This document shows, one piece after another, positions 1 to 9,698 of a DNA stretch of 64,000 bases. Source of the DNA: Candidatus Latescibacterota bacterium (GTDB lineage Bacteria > Latescibacterota > UBA2968 > UBA8231); contig OZ241867.1 in assembly GCA_965203175.1 (NCBI GenBank), positions 6,304,001-6,368,000 of the forward strand. The letters are read 5' to 3'. Below the pieces are notes generated by a model. It saw only the letters and a list, made by a program, of their open reading frames with translations. It did no database searches and was not told where the DNA came from. Made by a program: the position numbers and the translations under genes. The stretch's first letter is position 1, and every line of letters starts with the position of its first letter.

Positions 1-1472
1 CCTTCGTCGCCGGGCGCTTGGGCCACCTGCTGCAGTTCGGGCACCCGCTCGATGGCCTTGTCGAGGGTAATTTTCAGTTCGGTCGGCACCTGCTTGGCGA
101 TGCGGTCCACCTCGCCAAAGGGCATCCCCAAAACCCGCCCGACGTCGCGCACCACCGCTTTAGCCCCCAAAGTTCCAAACGTGATGACCTGTGAGACATT
201 GTCCTTGCCGTACTTATCCACTACATAGCGCAGCACCTCGTCGCGCCGGGTATCGTCAAAATCAATGTCGATATCGGGCGGCTCAATGCGCTCGGGATTG
301 AGAAAGCGCTCGAAGATCAGGTCGTACTTGATGGGATCTATATTGGTAATGCCGAGGCAATACGAAGCCAAGCAGCCGGCGGCCGAGCCGCGCCCCGGCC
401 CCACGGAAATGCCCTGATTACGGGCGTGGTTGACAAGGTCCCAGACGATGAGGAAGTAGCCGGAAAAATCCTGACTGGTGATGATGCTTAGCTCGTAGTC
501 GAGCCGCTCCTGCACGGCCGGATCGACGGTGCCGTAGCGCCGCTCCAAACCCTCCCGCGCCAGCTGCGTCAGATAGTCGTCGCTGGAAGCGTAGCCAGAC
601 GGGATCGGAAAATCCGGCATATAGGTTTTCCCGAACTCGAGCTCGACGTTGCACTTGTCGGCAATTTCGAGGGTCCGCTCCAGCGCATCGGGCAAATCCG
701 CAAATAGCGTTTGCATCTCTGCGGGACTCTTCATGTAGAGTCCGTCGGGATAGCACAGGCGATTCTTCTCGTCAACCGTCTTGTTGGTCTGAATGCAAAT
801 CAGGGCGTCGTGGGCGTCGTGGTCGGTGGCGCGGAGAAAGTGGAAATCGTTGGTGGCCACCAGCGGCACTCCCAGCTTGCGGTGCAGCTTGAGCAGGCCG
901 TCGTTCACCTTGGCTTCGGGGTCGATGTCGTGGCGCTGGATTTCCAAGTAGTAGTCGTCGCCGAAGAGGTCCATAAACTCGCGGGCGACCTTTTCGGCTG
1001 CGGCTAGCCCTTCGCGCTGGATCAGGTGCGGAATCTCGCCGCCTATGCAGGCCGACATGCAGATTAGGCCCTCGGCGTGTTCGCGCAAAAGCTCCTTATC
1101 GATGCGGGGATTGTAGTAGTAGCCTTCGAGATAGCCCTTGGAGACGAGCTTAGTCAGATTGCGATAGCCGGTGGCGTCTTTGGCCAGCAAAACCAGGTGG
1201 TTGGAGGCGTGCGTTAGGCCGCGGGCGGCTTGGCGCGAGTGGCGACTATCAATCGCCACATAAACTTCGCAGCCGATGATGGGCTTAATGCCAGCGTCTT
1301 GGCAGGCCCTGTAGTGCTCAATGACACCGAAGAGGCTGCCGTGATCTGTGATAGCCAAGGCAGGCATGCCCTGCTCGGCCGCCAACTCGGCCATCTCGCC
1401 GATCCGACATGCTCCGTCGAGCAGGCTGTATTCGCTGTGACCGTGTAAATGGACGAAATCAGCCGAAGCCAT
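1..1472 (-). CDS. dnaE: DNA polymerase III alpha subunit (5' part, runs off window start)
   Basis: Hand translation from ATG 1472: MASADFVHLHGHSEYSLLDG, PHP motifs TDHG and ATNDFH, GPGRGSAAG, FERFLNPERIEPPDIDIDF; SD GGAGGT upstream. Absent from the ORF track because no stop lies in the window. Confidence 0.97.
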   Translation of the reverse strand, partial: MASADFVHLHGHSEYSLLDGACRIGEMAELAAEQGMPALAITDHGSLFGVIEHYRACQDAGIKPIIGCEVYVAIDSRHSRQAARGLTHASNHLVLLAKDATGYRNLTKLVSKGYLEGYYYNPRIDKELLREHAEGLICMSACIGGEIPHLIQREGLAAAEKVAREFMDLFGDDYYLEIQRHDIDPEAKVNDGLLKLHRKLGVPLVATNDFHFLRATDHDAHDALICIQTNKTVDEKNRLCYPDGLYMKSPAEMQTLFADLPDALERTLEIADKCNVELEFGKTYMPDFPIPSGYASSDDYLTQLAREGLERRYGTVDPAVQERLDYELSIITSQDFSGYFLIVWDLVNHARNQGISVGPGRGSAAGCLASYCLGITNIDPIKYDLIFERFLNPERIEPPDIDIDFDDTRRDEVLRYVVDKYGKDNVSQVITFGTLGAKAVVRDVGRVLGMPFGEVDRIAKQVPTELKITLDKAIERVPELQQVAQAPGDE

Positions 1473-1574
1473 GACCACCTCCGCTACCTGTATGCGCTAG
1501 AAAAACCTCTGGACTTAGAAAGCACGACCGAACAACGGGCCAAACTGCCTGGGGAAGGGCATCGCCTCGGGTGA

Positions 1575-1603
1575 AGCATAGCCAATTCAAAAGGGGATGT
1601 CAA
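1575..1603 (-). promoter_or_regulatory. sigma70-type promoter for dnaE
   Basis: Minus strand TTGACA-17 bp-TATGCT. Confidence 0.75.
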
Positions 1604-1629
1604 TGGTCTACAGAAGAGATTATTTTTCA

Positions 1630-1654
1630 TAACATATTATTATTATTTTATTTA
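1630..1654. promoter_or_regulatory. AT-rich 25-bp motif, IHF-like site (copy 1 of 3)
   Basis: TAA-N4-TTATT-N10-TTA; same pattern at 46414 and 54296. Confidence 0.45.
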
Positions 1655-1765
1655 CAAAAAGAGAAATTTGTTGTACACCGCTGACAAAAAGACCACCTGC
1701 ACGGCGAACTTGTCTCTGAAAATAGACCGGTCTATCTTTGATTTTTTTCCAAGGAGATATATCTG

Positions 1766-2014
1766 ATGATCGACCAAGAATTGTTGGCAATTCTCGCCTG
1801 CCCCGAGACTAAAGAGCCGGTCGCGCTCGCCGAGGAAGAACTCATTGCCGAACTCAACAGCCGCATTGCGCGCGGGGAAGTCAAGAATCGGGCCGGTAAA
1901 ACCGTAGAAGGCAAGATCGACGGCGGCCTAGTGCGCGCAGATGGCGCGTACCTCTATCCGATCCAAGACGAAATCCCCATCCTGCTTCTCGACGAGGCCA
2001 TTCCCCTTCACTAG
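1766..2014 (+). CDS. Trm112-like (YcaR/UPF0434) small protein
   Basis: LLAILACP...YPIQDEIPILL signature; SD AAGGAG. Confidence 0.85.
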   Translation: MIDQELLAILACPETKEPVALAEEELIAELNSRIARGEVKNRAGKTVEGKIDGGLVRADGAYLYPIQDEIPILLLDEAIPLH

Positions 2015-2032
2015 CGCCTGCCGCGTCCGCAC

Positions 2033-2065
2033 AAAAAAAGGGACTGTGCGCTTGCACAATCCCTT
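2033..2065 (-). terminator. Rho-independent terminator after tRNA-Leu
   Basis: Minus strand GGGATTGTGC-AAGC-GCACAGTCCC followed by T7. Confidence 0.8.
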
Positions 2066-2075
2066 CAACTTACAA

Positions 2076-2160
2076 TGGTGCCGAAGCGGGGATTCGAACC
2101 CCGACGCCCGAAGGCACTGCCCCCTCAAGACAGCGTGTCTACCAATTTCACCACTTCGGC
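2076..2160 (-). tRNA. tRNA-Leu(GAG)
   Basis: GCCGAAGTGGTGAAATTGGTAGACACGCTGTCTT-GAG-GGGGCAG...GGTTCGAATCCCCGCTTCGGCACCA; long variable arm, encoded CCA; classical position after secG. Confidence 0.97.
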
Positions 2161-2180
2161 ACAAAAACTAGGCTAGCTTG

Positions 2181-2570
2181 CTACTGAGCCTCGGTCGGCG
2201 GCTCCTCAGCAGTCGAGGTCTCAGCTGCCTCTTCCTGCTCGCCCAGCAGGTGCTCTGCTTCCGGGATGGCGGGCACTGGCATCGCCTGTTCCTCTACCAT
2301 CGTCCGTTGCGTCGCTGTCGTCGGAGTAGTCTCGGCCGTCTGAAAGGCAACCGACTGCACCAAACAGCTAAGCATAAAGGCCGTGGCCAAAACGGTCGTG
2401 GCCTTGGTCAGAAACGTGGCTGCAGTGCGCCCGCCCAATACGGAGGAAGAGGCCAAGCCACCGCCGATCGATCCGGCCAAGCCGCCCCCTTTGCCCGCCT
2501 GCAAGAGCACGGTCACGACTAGGAGCACGCAAATCAGCACGTGAAAAATCGTAAATAGAATTTCAAACAT
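2181..2570 (-). CDS. secG: Preprotein translocase subunit SecG
   Basis: VLLQAGKGGGLAG motif, two TM helices, tpiA-secG-tRNA-Leu synteny. Confidence 0.95.
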   Translation of the reverse strand: MFEILFTIFHVLICVLLVVTVLLQAGKGGGLAGSIGGGLASSSVLGGRTAATFLTKATTVLATAFMLSCLVQSVAFQTAETTPTTATQRTMVEEQAMPVPAIPEAEHLLGEQEEAAETSTAEEPPTEAQ

Positions 2571-2620
2571 AATTTTGTGATGGTTTTAGTTAGTAACTAG
2601 AGATAGAAATAAATTTAAGG

Positions 2621-3373
2621 CTAAAGGGCGGCCTTCACAATAGCGGCAAACTGTCCTGCGTCCAGTGCGGCACCGCCGATCAAGCCCCCATCGATGTTGT
2701 CTTGGGCCAAGAGCTCGGCTGCGTTTTCGGGCTTGACGCTGCCGCCGTACTGGATGCGCACTTCGTCGGCGGCTGCTTTTCCCAAGTGTTCCGCAAGGAA
2801 GTGGCGGATCATCGCATGCACCTCTTCGGCTTGCGCGGCCGTTGCCGTCACACCGGTGCCAATCGCCCAAACCGGCTCGTACGCCCACAGCACCGCCCTA
2901 GCTGCGCTCGCCTCAATCCCGGCTAGGGCACCGCCCACTTGGCCGAGGATGACCTCCTCAATTCGGTTGGCTTCGCGCTCTTGCAGGGTCTCGCCAACGC
3001 AGACGATCGGGCACAGGTCGGCTTGGAGGGCACAGGTTAGCTTGCGGTTGACCAGCGAGTCGTCCTCGCCGCAAAACTGCCTTCGCTCGGAGTGCCCTAG
3101 CAACACGTAAGAGCAACCAGCCTCCAAGAGCATATCGGCGGATATTTCCCCGGTGAAAGCTCCCTGCCGCTCCCAGTGCATGTTCTGGGCCCCCAGCCCA
3201 ATGGCGCTGTCGGCAAGGACGGCGCGCACGGCTTGCAGGCTAGTGAAAGGCGGACAAATCACGACTTCTACGTCGAGCCCCGCGACGAGCAGCTTGATTC
3301 CTTCGACCAACTCGACGGCCTCAGCAGCGGTCTTGTGCATCTTCCAGTTGCCAGCGACAATGGGTCGGCGCAT
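2621..3373 (-). CDS. tpiA: Triosephosphate isomerase
   Basis: AGNWKM, GHSERR, AYEPVWAIGTG, YGGSVK; start set at MRRPIV (3373). Confidence 0.98.
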   Translation of the reverse strand: MRRPIVAGNWKMHKTAAEAVELVEGIKLLVAGLDVEVVICPPFTSLQAVRAVLADSAIGLGAQNMHWERQGAFTGEISADMLLEAGCSYVLLGHSERRQFCGEDDSLVNRKLTCALQADLCPIVCVGETLQEREANRIEEVILGQVGGALAGIEASAARAVLWAYEPVWAIGTGVTATAAQAEEVHAMIRHFLAEHLGKAAADEVRIQYGGSVKPENAAELLAQDNIDGGLIGGAALDAGQFAAIVKAAL

Positions 3374-3374
3374 C

Positions 3375-4577
3375 TCAGCTTTCCTCGTCATCCAAGACCG
3401 CAACCCCGGGCAAGACCCGCCCACTCATGCACTCTAGCGAAGCCCCACCCCCAGTGGAGATGTGGGTCATCGCTTGGGCCAATCCGGCTTGGGTTACAGC
3501 TGCGGCCGTGTCCCCGCCGCCAATAATGCTCAACGCACCCTCGCGGGTGGCATCAGCTAGGGCTTGAACGATCTGTTGGGTACCCTGGGCAAAGGACTCC
3601 ATCTCGCAGACTCCGAGGGGGCCGTTCCACACTATGGTACCTCCCCGAACGATCTGGTCGGCGTAGCGCTGCCGGGTCTGGGGGCCGATGTCCATGCCCT
3701 GCCAACCGCGCGGTATGGCGTCGCGGGCGACCACTTGCGCTTGGGCGTCGGCAGCAAAGCGGTCGGCGACTACGCAATCTGCGGGAAGCTGGAGATCCAA
3801 TCTCTCATCTTCTACTCGGGTCAATAGCTGCCGGGCCGTATCTAGGCAATCCTCTTCGAGCAGCGAATCCCCGATCTCTAGCCCCATAGCTTTGAAAAAG
3901 GTATAGGCCATGCCACCACCGATGAGCAGGGCATCCACCTGGTTGAGCAAGTGCTCAATCAACTCGATCTTGCCCGAGATCTTGGCCCCTCCCAGAACGG
4001 CGATAAATGGCCGCTGCGGACGGCGCAGAGCCTCGTCGAGATAGGAAATTTCCCGCTCCATCAACAGGCCGCTGGCCCCCGCGCCCATACAACGCGGCAC
4101 CCCCTCGGTCGAGGCGTGGGCCCGGTGCGCCGCCCCAAAGGCATCGTTGACGTACACATCGCCCAACTCGGCCAATTGCTGGGCAAAAGTCCGCTCGTTT
4201 TGCTCCTCTTCCGGGTGGAAACGCACGTTCTCCAAGAGCAGGACCTGCCCCGGCTGCAAGGCAGCAGCTTGGGCCGCTACTTCGGCACCCACGCAGTCTA
4301 TAGCCATGCCCACCGCGCGTCCCAACAACTGGCTCAGGCGCTCGGCTACCGGAGCCAGAGACAGCGCCGGTACTCTCTGACCCTGGGGGCGACCCAAGTG
4401 CGACATCAGAATTACGGACGCACCCTGCGTCAACAAGTGCTCGACCGTTGGCAGGACTGCGCGAATCCGCGTGTCGTCAATGATCCGGCCAGCCTCGTCG
4501 AGCGGCACATTGAAATCCACTCGCACGAGAACCCGCTTGCCAGCTACATCGAGGTCCCTGATGGTGCGCTTGGCCAT
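3375..4577 (-). CDS. pgk: Phosphoglycerate kinase
   Basis: RVDFNVP, SHLGRP, NDAFGAAHRAH, HISTGGGASLE. Confidence 0.98.
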   Translation of the reverse strand: MAKRTIRDLDVAGKRVLVRVDFNVPLDEAGRIIDDTRIRAVLPTVEHLLTQGASVILMSHLGRPQGQRVPALSLAPVAERLSQLLGRAVGMAIDCVGAEVAAQAAALQPGQVLLLENVRFHPEEEQNERTFAQQLAELGDVYVNDAFGAAHRAHASTEGVPRCMGAGASGLLMEREISYLDEALRRPQRPFIAVLGGAKISGKIELIEHLLNQVDALLIGGGMAYTFFKAMGLEIGDSLLEEDCLDTARQLLTRVEDERLDLQLPADCVVADRFAADAQAQVVARDAIPRGWQGMDIGPQTRQRYADQIVRGGTIVWNGPLGVCEMESFAQGTQQIVQALADATREGALSIIGGGDTAAAVTQAGLAQAMTHISTGGGASLECMSGRVLPGVAVLDDEES

Positions 4578-4581
4578 GATA

Positions 4582-5631
4582 TTAACCGAAGAATACCGTC
4601 GCTAAATCGTATAGCTCTTGGTCCACCACCTTGATCTGATTGACCGCGTCGGCCAGTGGGATCGCCACGATTTCATTGCCTTGCAGACTCACCATCTTGC
4701 CGAAATCGCCTGCGTGCACCAAGTCGATGGCGGCAATGCCAAAGCGCGTGCCCAAGACGCGGTCGAAGGCCGTGGGCGTCCCCCCGCGCTGCAAGTGCCC
4801 GAGCACCGTAACCCGCGTCTCGTAACTCGTTGCCTCCTCGACCGCGTTGGCGACGAGTTGGCCGATTCCACCCAGCTTGACGTGGCCGAATTCGTCGAGC
4901 CCTCCCTCAGAGACCACGTATTCGTTTTCCTTGCCTTCCGCTGAGATCTGTGCCCCCTCGGCCACTACCACGATCGAAAAATCCTTGCCGCGCTCGTGTC
5001 GTTTGCGGATAGTGCTGACGATTTCCTCGATGGTGTATTTCTGCTCGGGGATGAGGATCATATCCGCGCCACCGGCCAAGCCAGCGTACAGGGCAATCCA
5101 ACCGCTGTGTCGCCCCATGACCTCAATGACCATCACTCGGTTGTGGGATTCAGCCGTGGTGTGAATCCGATCGATGGCTTCGGTGACGATATTGACCGCG
5201 GTGTCAAAACCAAAAGTGTAGTCCGTGCCGCTCAGGTCGTTGTCGATGGTCTTGGGCACGCCTATGACTGGCACGCCCATACTCGCCAGCTTGTTGGCAA
5301 CCCCGAGTGTGTCCTCGCCACCGATGGCCACGAGCGCGTCTAACTTCATCCGCCGCATGTTATCAATGACGATTTCACCGCCATCTTCCTCTTTGAACGG
5401 GTTGGTTCGCGACGTGCCGAGGATGGTACCGCCCTTGGGCAAAATACCGGAAATTTCCTCCGGGCCCAAAGGCTCCCAGTCGCACTCCATCATTCCTTTC
5501 CAGCCCTTGAGAATGCCGCGAAAGCGGTATCGGTACGCAGTAATGCCCTTGCGCACCACAGCGCGAATGACGGCGTTAAGGCCCGGACAGTCGCCTCCTC
5601 CGGTCAATATGCCGATCGTCTTTTCGGCCAT
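4582..5631 (-). CDS. pfkA: 6-phosphofructokinase, group III (probably PPi-dependent)
   Basis: TGGGDCPGLN, GGEDT, PKTIDND, EVMGR, LGHLQRGG; start set at MAEKTIG (5631) after SD AGGAG. Confidence 0.93.
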   Translation of the reverse strand: MAEKTIGILTGGGDCPGLNAVIRAVVRKGITAYRYRFRGILKGWKGMMECDWEPLGPEEISGILPKGGTILGTSRTNPFKEEDGGEIVIDNMRRMKLDALVAIGGEDTLGVANKLASMGVPVIGVPKTIDNDLSGTDYTFGFDTAVNIVTEAIDRIHTTAESHNRVMVIEVMGRHSGWIALYAGLAGGADMILIPEQKYTIEEIVSTIRKRHERGKDFSIVVVAEGAQISAEGKENEYVVSEGGLDEFGHVKLGGIGQLVANAVEEATSYETRVTVLGHLQRGGTPTAFDRVLGTRFGIAAIDLVHAGDFGKMVSLQGNEIVAIPLADAVNQIKVVDQELYDLATVFFG

Positions 5632-5720
5632 ATTCGGACTCCTTGGCTCGCGGCCAATTCTGAGTACAGCTTGGAGTATGGGGGATTCCAAAAGCGCCTA
5701 AATGTAGGATCTTATTAGAA

Positions 5721-6389
5721 TTAGGTCAATAGATTGCCCGCGCCCGAGTGTGCCAAGACAACCGCCCACAGGCGGTCGCTCTCCACGGCTTGAGCACAAG
5801 CAACCATGGTCTCTCCGGTCGTCCACACGTCATCTACTATCCCGATCCGAACGCTTGCGGGCAACGCGGCCACGGGCGCAAAGGCACCGCGGAGATTGGC
5901 GCGGCGTTCCTCTGCCGACAAAAAGGCTTGCTGCCGAGTATTTCTCTGCCGGCGCACGACCCCGTGGCACACGGGCACGCCGAGCGCGGCTCCCAAGCCA
6001 GCGGCGATTTCCACGCTCTGATTGAATCCGCGCTCCCGCTGCCGAGCCGGGTGCAAGGGCACGGGCAACAAGCAGTCCAGCGGAGCGAGTTGCTCAGCCA
6101 AGCACTGTCCCATGCGCTCTCCCAATGCCCTCCCTAGCCGGACTTGGTTGCGAAATTTAAGCGCGTAAATGGCCTGTTGCAGCGCACCGGTGAAAGGCCC
6201 CAAGGCGACAATCTTTTCAAAGGCACGTCCTCCGTCATCAGCACAAGGTCGCGGGTGGCGCGGCACAATCTCCGCCCAGCACGATCCGCACAGCAGCGCG
6301 GCGGCCTCAATGTCCGCTTCGCAAACCGCGCAGTGCGGCGGATAGGCAAAGTCCAACAGGGCACGACCCCATGTCTGTATTGTTTCCAT
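5721..6389 (-). CDS. comF: ComF family protein (zinc ribbon + PRT domain)
   Basis: CxxC..CxxC, PVPLH..RERGFNQ, RRANLRGAF, VDDVWTTG; ATG 6389 preferred by SD spacing (GTG 6398 alternative). Confidence 0.9.
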   Translation of the reverse strand: METIQTWGRALLDFAYPPHCAVCEADIEAAALLCGSCWAEIVPRHPRPCADDGGRAFEKIVALGPFTGALQQAIYALKFRNQVRLGRALGERMGQCLAEQLAPLDCLLPVPLHPARQRERGFNQSVEIAAGLGAALGVPVCHGVVRRQRNTRQQAFLSAEERRANLRGAFAPVAALPASVRIGIVDDVWTTGETMVACAQAVESDRLWAVVLAHSGAGNLLT

Positions 6390-6574
6390 TTCGCCCACTC
6401 CTCGTTACCCAAAGACCACGTCATGGGTGCTCTGCATTGGTTGCGTACAACAAAGAAAAAAACGTGCCAACCCAACGCGTTGCTCGCTTCCTTGCGGACT
6501 TGCCATAATTCACTCCTTTCTCGTATTTCCGATGACCTCGTTACACAATTCACACTCCGAACAAAGGATCAATC

Positions 6575-9463
6575 ATGCCCTTGCTGTACGCGCTCTTCTT
6601 TCTCGCCTTGGCCGAGGCCCTTCCCGCTGAGTACAAACTGCTCCACGGCCCGGACCCCAAAGATCCCATGGCGGCCCATATCTACCAGTTGGACAACGGC
6701 CTGACAGTCTATTTGACTCAGAACACACAAGAGCCGCGCTTCTACGCCGAAATCGCCGTTCGCGCCGGTTCCAAGCACGACCCCCAAGATGCCACCGGCA
6801 TCGCCCATTACCTAGAGCACATGCTCTTCAAGGGCAGCCAGAAAATCGGCACCCTCGACTACGAACAAGAGCAGGTCCACCTCGACCGCATCGAGGAGCT
6901 CTACGAGCAGCACTTTGTCGAGACCGACCCAGAAAAAAGGGCCGCGATCTACGCCCAGATCAACGCCGAAAACCAACTCGCCGCGGCGTACGCCATTCCC
7001 AATGAACTCGACCGCCTCTACACCGCAATGGGCGAGCGCGGCCTCAACGCCCACACCTGGGTCGAGGAAACCGTCTATAAAGTGGAACTGCCGGCCAATC
7101 GCCTAGCGCAATGGGCCAAGGTCGAGGCCGAGCGCTTCCACGAGCCCGTCTTCCGCCTTTTCCAAACCGAGCTAGAGACCGTCTATGAGGAAAAAAACCG
7201 CTCCCTCGACAACAAGAGCCGCGTCATCCACAAAGCCGTACAGGAGCAGTTCTATAAAATCCATCCCTACCGCGTCACCACGCTAGGCACAGTAGAGCAC
7301 CTGAAAAATCCCTCGCTGGAGCGCATGTACGAGTTCTATCACACGTATTACGTGCCCAACAACATGGCCATTTTCATCTCCGGCGACATCGACATCGACG
7401 AGACCATCCAGCTCATCGACCGCGAATTTTCTCTTTGGGAGCGCAGGGAATTGCCCCCATTTCCCGACTACAAAGAGCCTGCTATCGACGGAGTGGAACG
7501 GACCGAGGTCAATTATCCCGGTGAGGAATACGTGCTGTTGGCCTTTCGCACGGCCGAGCGGTTGCACGAGAACGCCGAGACACTGCAAATCCTCGATATG
7601 ATCCTCGACAACGCCACCGCCGGGCTAATCAACCTAAATCTCAATCAGCAGCAGAAGGTGCGCGAAGCCGGCTCTTACCCTTATCTACTCAACGACTACG
7701 GTGCCCAGTACTTGTGGGGCATCCCCAAACAGGACCAAACCCTTGAGGAAGTCGAGGCTCTGCTCTTGGAGCAGATCGATCTGATCAAGGAAGGGCAATT
7801 CGAGGATTGGATCATCCCGGCCATTGTCACCGACTTCAAGAAGAGCGTAAAACAAGGGCTGGAAAACAACAATTCTCGAGTCGGCTTCATGCGCGATGCG
7901 TATCTCGGGTTCGAAGAATGGAGCCACGCGGTGCGCGCGCTCGACCGCATGGCCGAGATCGAGAAGCACGACATCGTCGAAGTCGCCAATAAGTACTTCA
8001 ACGGCGCGTATGTCGCCGGCTACCGCCGCGACGGCGAACAGGACATACCCGAGATCGCCAAGCCGCCCATCGATAAAATCGACATCGATGCCTCGCGCCA
8101 ATCGGCCTTTTTCGCCGAGGTCATGGCCATGCCCTTTGAGGAAACTGAGCCAGCGTACCTCGTGCCCGAGCGCGACTTTACCACCCGTGAACTAGCGGGC
8201 GGCAGCAAGCTCTACTACGCCCGCAACCCGCTCAACGACCTCTTCGAATTTTCCATCGCGATCGACATCGGCTCCCTAACTGAAAAGCGCCTACCCGTGG
8301 CCCGCGAACTGCTCGACAAGTCGGGCACCCCGCGCTTTTCCTCCGAAGACCTGAAAAAGGAATGGTACAAGTTAGGCACCGACTTTAGTATGAGCGTCCG
8401 AGACCAAGAAACTACGATCTCTATATCGGGCCTCGACGAAAACTTCGCCGCGTCGCTCGCACTTTTATCCGAGCTAATGCACGGCCCGACCACCGACGAC
8501 GCCACGCTCGCCGAGCTTCAGGCCATCATCATCGCTCGGCGCGACGACGCCCTCAAGGACCACCGCACCATCCACGAGGCCCTCTACCGCTACCACCGCT
8601 TAGGTGACATGGCGTACTACCGCCGGATCCCCTCCAACGAGGAAGTTCGTGCTCTAGGGCGTCAAGAACTTATCGACCTACTCAGCGGCTTGCTCTCTTA
8701 TCGCCAGACCCTCAGCTACACCGGATCGCAAACCATCGAGGACGTACAAGCCATCCTCGCCCAGCACTACCCGCTGCCTGAGTCTCCAGTAGAGCCGTCG
8801 CCCTATCAGGTGTTAGAATTTACCCAACCCGAAAAAACCCAGATCTACTTCTTTGACAAGGAAATGGCCCAAGCCCTCGTGAGGATCGAATACGTGGACG
8901 TGCCCTACCAAGCGGCGCTCGAGCCAGCAGTCGAGCTGTTCAACGACTACTTCTACGGCGGCATGGCCGGCATCGTATTCCAGGAAATTCGCGAAGCGCG
9001 CGCCCTCGCCTACTCGGTGGGTGCCCTCTACTTCAACGGCCGCGACAAAGCCGACTACAACTACATGGTCGGCGGCATGGGCACGCAAGCCGACAAGACG
9101 CCGGAAGCGGTTACGGCCTTCGTCGGCCTGCTCGACGACATTCCCTCCTCGCCCGAGCGCTTTGCCGCCGCCCAACTTTCAGTGCTCAACAAGTACCGCA
9201 CAGAACGCCTCGGCTTCCGCTCAGTACTAGGGGCTGTGCGCGGCTGGGAGCGCAAGGGGCTGACCGGCGACCCACGCTCTTGGCGCTTTGAGCAACTCCA
9301 AGCCAGCGGCCTCGACGAAGTGCTCGAATTCTACCGCCAGCACGTCCAAGGACGCCCCAAGCTGATTTCGATTACAGGCGACAAGAGCAAAATGGATCTA
9401 GAGGCGCTAGCAGCGCAGGGCGAGATCGTCGAACTCGGTTTGGAGGACCTGTTCGCTTTCTGA
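6575..9463 (+). CDS. M16 family zinc peptidase (insulinase-like), secreted
   Basis: Inverzincin motif GIAHYLEH, NAHT, downstream Glu (VYEEKN); C-terminal IREARALAY; N-terminal signal peptide. Confidence 0.92.
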   Translation: MPLLYALFFLALAEALPAEYKLLHGPDPKDPMAAHIYQLDNGLTVYLTQNTQEPRFYAEIAVRAGSKHDPQDATGIAHYLEHMLFKGSQKIGTLDYEQEQVHLDRIEELYEQHFVETDPEKRAAIYAQINAENQLAAAYAIPNELDRLYTAMGERGLNAHTWVEETVYKVELPANRLAQWAKVEAERFHEPVFRLFQTELETVYEEKNRSLDNKSRVIHKAVQEQFYKIHPYRVTTLGTVEHLKNPSLERMYEFYHTYYVPNNMAIFISGDIDIDETIQLIDREFSLWERRELPPFPDYKEPAIDGVERTEVNYPGEEYVLLAFRTAERLHENAETLQILDMILDNATAGLINLNLNQQQKVREAGSYPYLLNDYGAQYLWGIPKQDQTLEEVEALLLEQIDLIKEGQFEDWIIPAIVTDFKKSVKQGLENNNSRVGFMRDAYLGFEEWSHAVRALDRMAEIEKHDIVEVANKYFNGAYVAGYRRDGEQDIPEIAKPPIDKIDIDASRQSAFFAEVMAMPFEETEPAYLVPERDFTTRELAGGSKLYYARNPLNDLFEFSIAIDIGSLTEKRLPVARELLDKSGTPRFSSEDLKKEWYKLGTDFSMSVRDQETTISISGLDENFAASLALLSELMHGPTTDDATLAELQAIIIARRDDALKDHRTIHEALYRYHRLGDMAYYRRIPSNEEVRALGRQELIDLLSGLLSYRQTLSYTGSQTIEDVQAILAQHYPLPESPVEPSPYQVLEFTQPEKTQIYFFDKEMAQALVRIEYVDVPYQAALEPAVELFNDYFYGGMAGIVFQEIREARALAYSVGALYFNGRDKADYNYMVGGMGTQADKTPEAVTAFVGLLDDIPSSPERFAAAQLSVLNKYRTERLGFRSVLGAVRGWERKGLTGDPRSWRFEQLQASGLDEVLEFYRQHVQGRPKLISITGDKSKMDLEALAAQGEIVELGLEDLFAF

Positions 9464-9469
9464 GTCCTA

Positions 9470-9498
9470 TTGACAAAGCCCCCCCCACCGTCTAGCTT
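9470..9498 (+). promoter_or_regulatory. sigma70 promoter of tRNA-Met
   Basis: TTGACA-17 bp-TAGCTT, 13 bp before the tRNA. Confidence 0.8.
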
Positions 9499-9511
9499 TT
9501 AAACAGGTTTT

Positions 9512-9588
9512 GGCGGCGTAGCTCAGTTGGTTAGAGCAGTGGAATCATAATCCATGGGTCGGGGGTTCGAGTCCCTTCGCCGCTACCA
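9512..9588 (+). tRNA. tRNA-Met(CAT), elongator type
   Basis: GGCGGCGTAGCTCAGTTGGTTAGAGCA-GTGGA-ATCATAA-TCCAT..GGTTCGAGTCC..CGCCGCTACCA; paired 1-72 and no GGG/CCC anticodon stem argue against initiator; Ile2 not strictly excluded. Confidence 0.92.
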
Positions 9589-9594
9589 TATTTC

Positions 9595-9661
9595 CCGCCG
9601 CTAACTTTGGCGGTTTGTTGTTTAACACAAGCCCCCGGGGATCATCTCCTCGGGGGCTTGT
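9595..9661. terminator. Two hairpins between tRNA-Met and a convergent gene
   Basis: CCGCC..GGCGG followed by TTTGTTGTTT; second stem ACAAGCCCCCGGGG..CCTCGGGGGCTTGT (9627-9661). Confidence 0.65.
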
Positions 9662-9698
9662 CGCATGTGTCGCCTAGATGATGCGGGCGAGTTGCGCC

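Noticed and set aside
1620-1660. dif/XerCD-like site
   Set aside because: TAA-to-TTA spacing is 4 or 7 bp rather than 6 and there is no TTATGTTAAAT arm; better explained by the recurring IHF-like motif.
6454-6470. Possible sigma54 promoter for comF (TGGCACG-N4-TTTCT, minus strand)
   Set aside because: The -24 box is perfect but the -12 GC is replaced by TC; too weak without TSS data.
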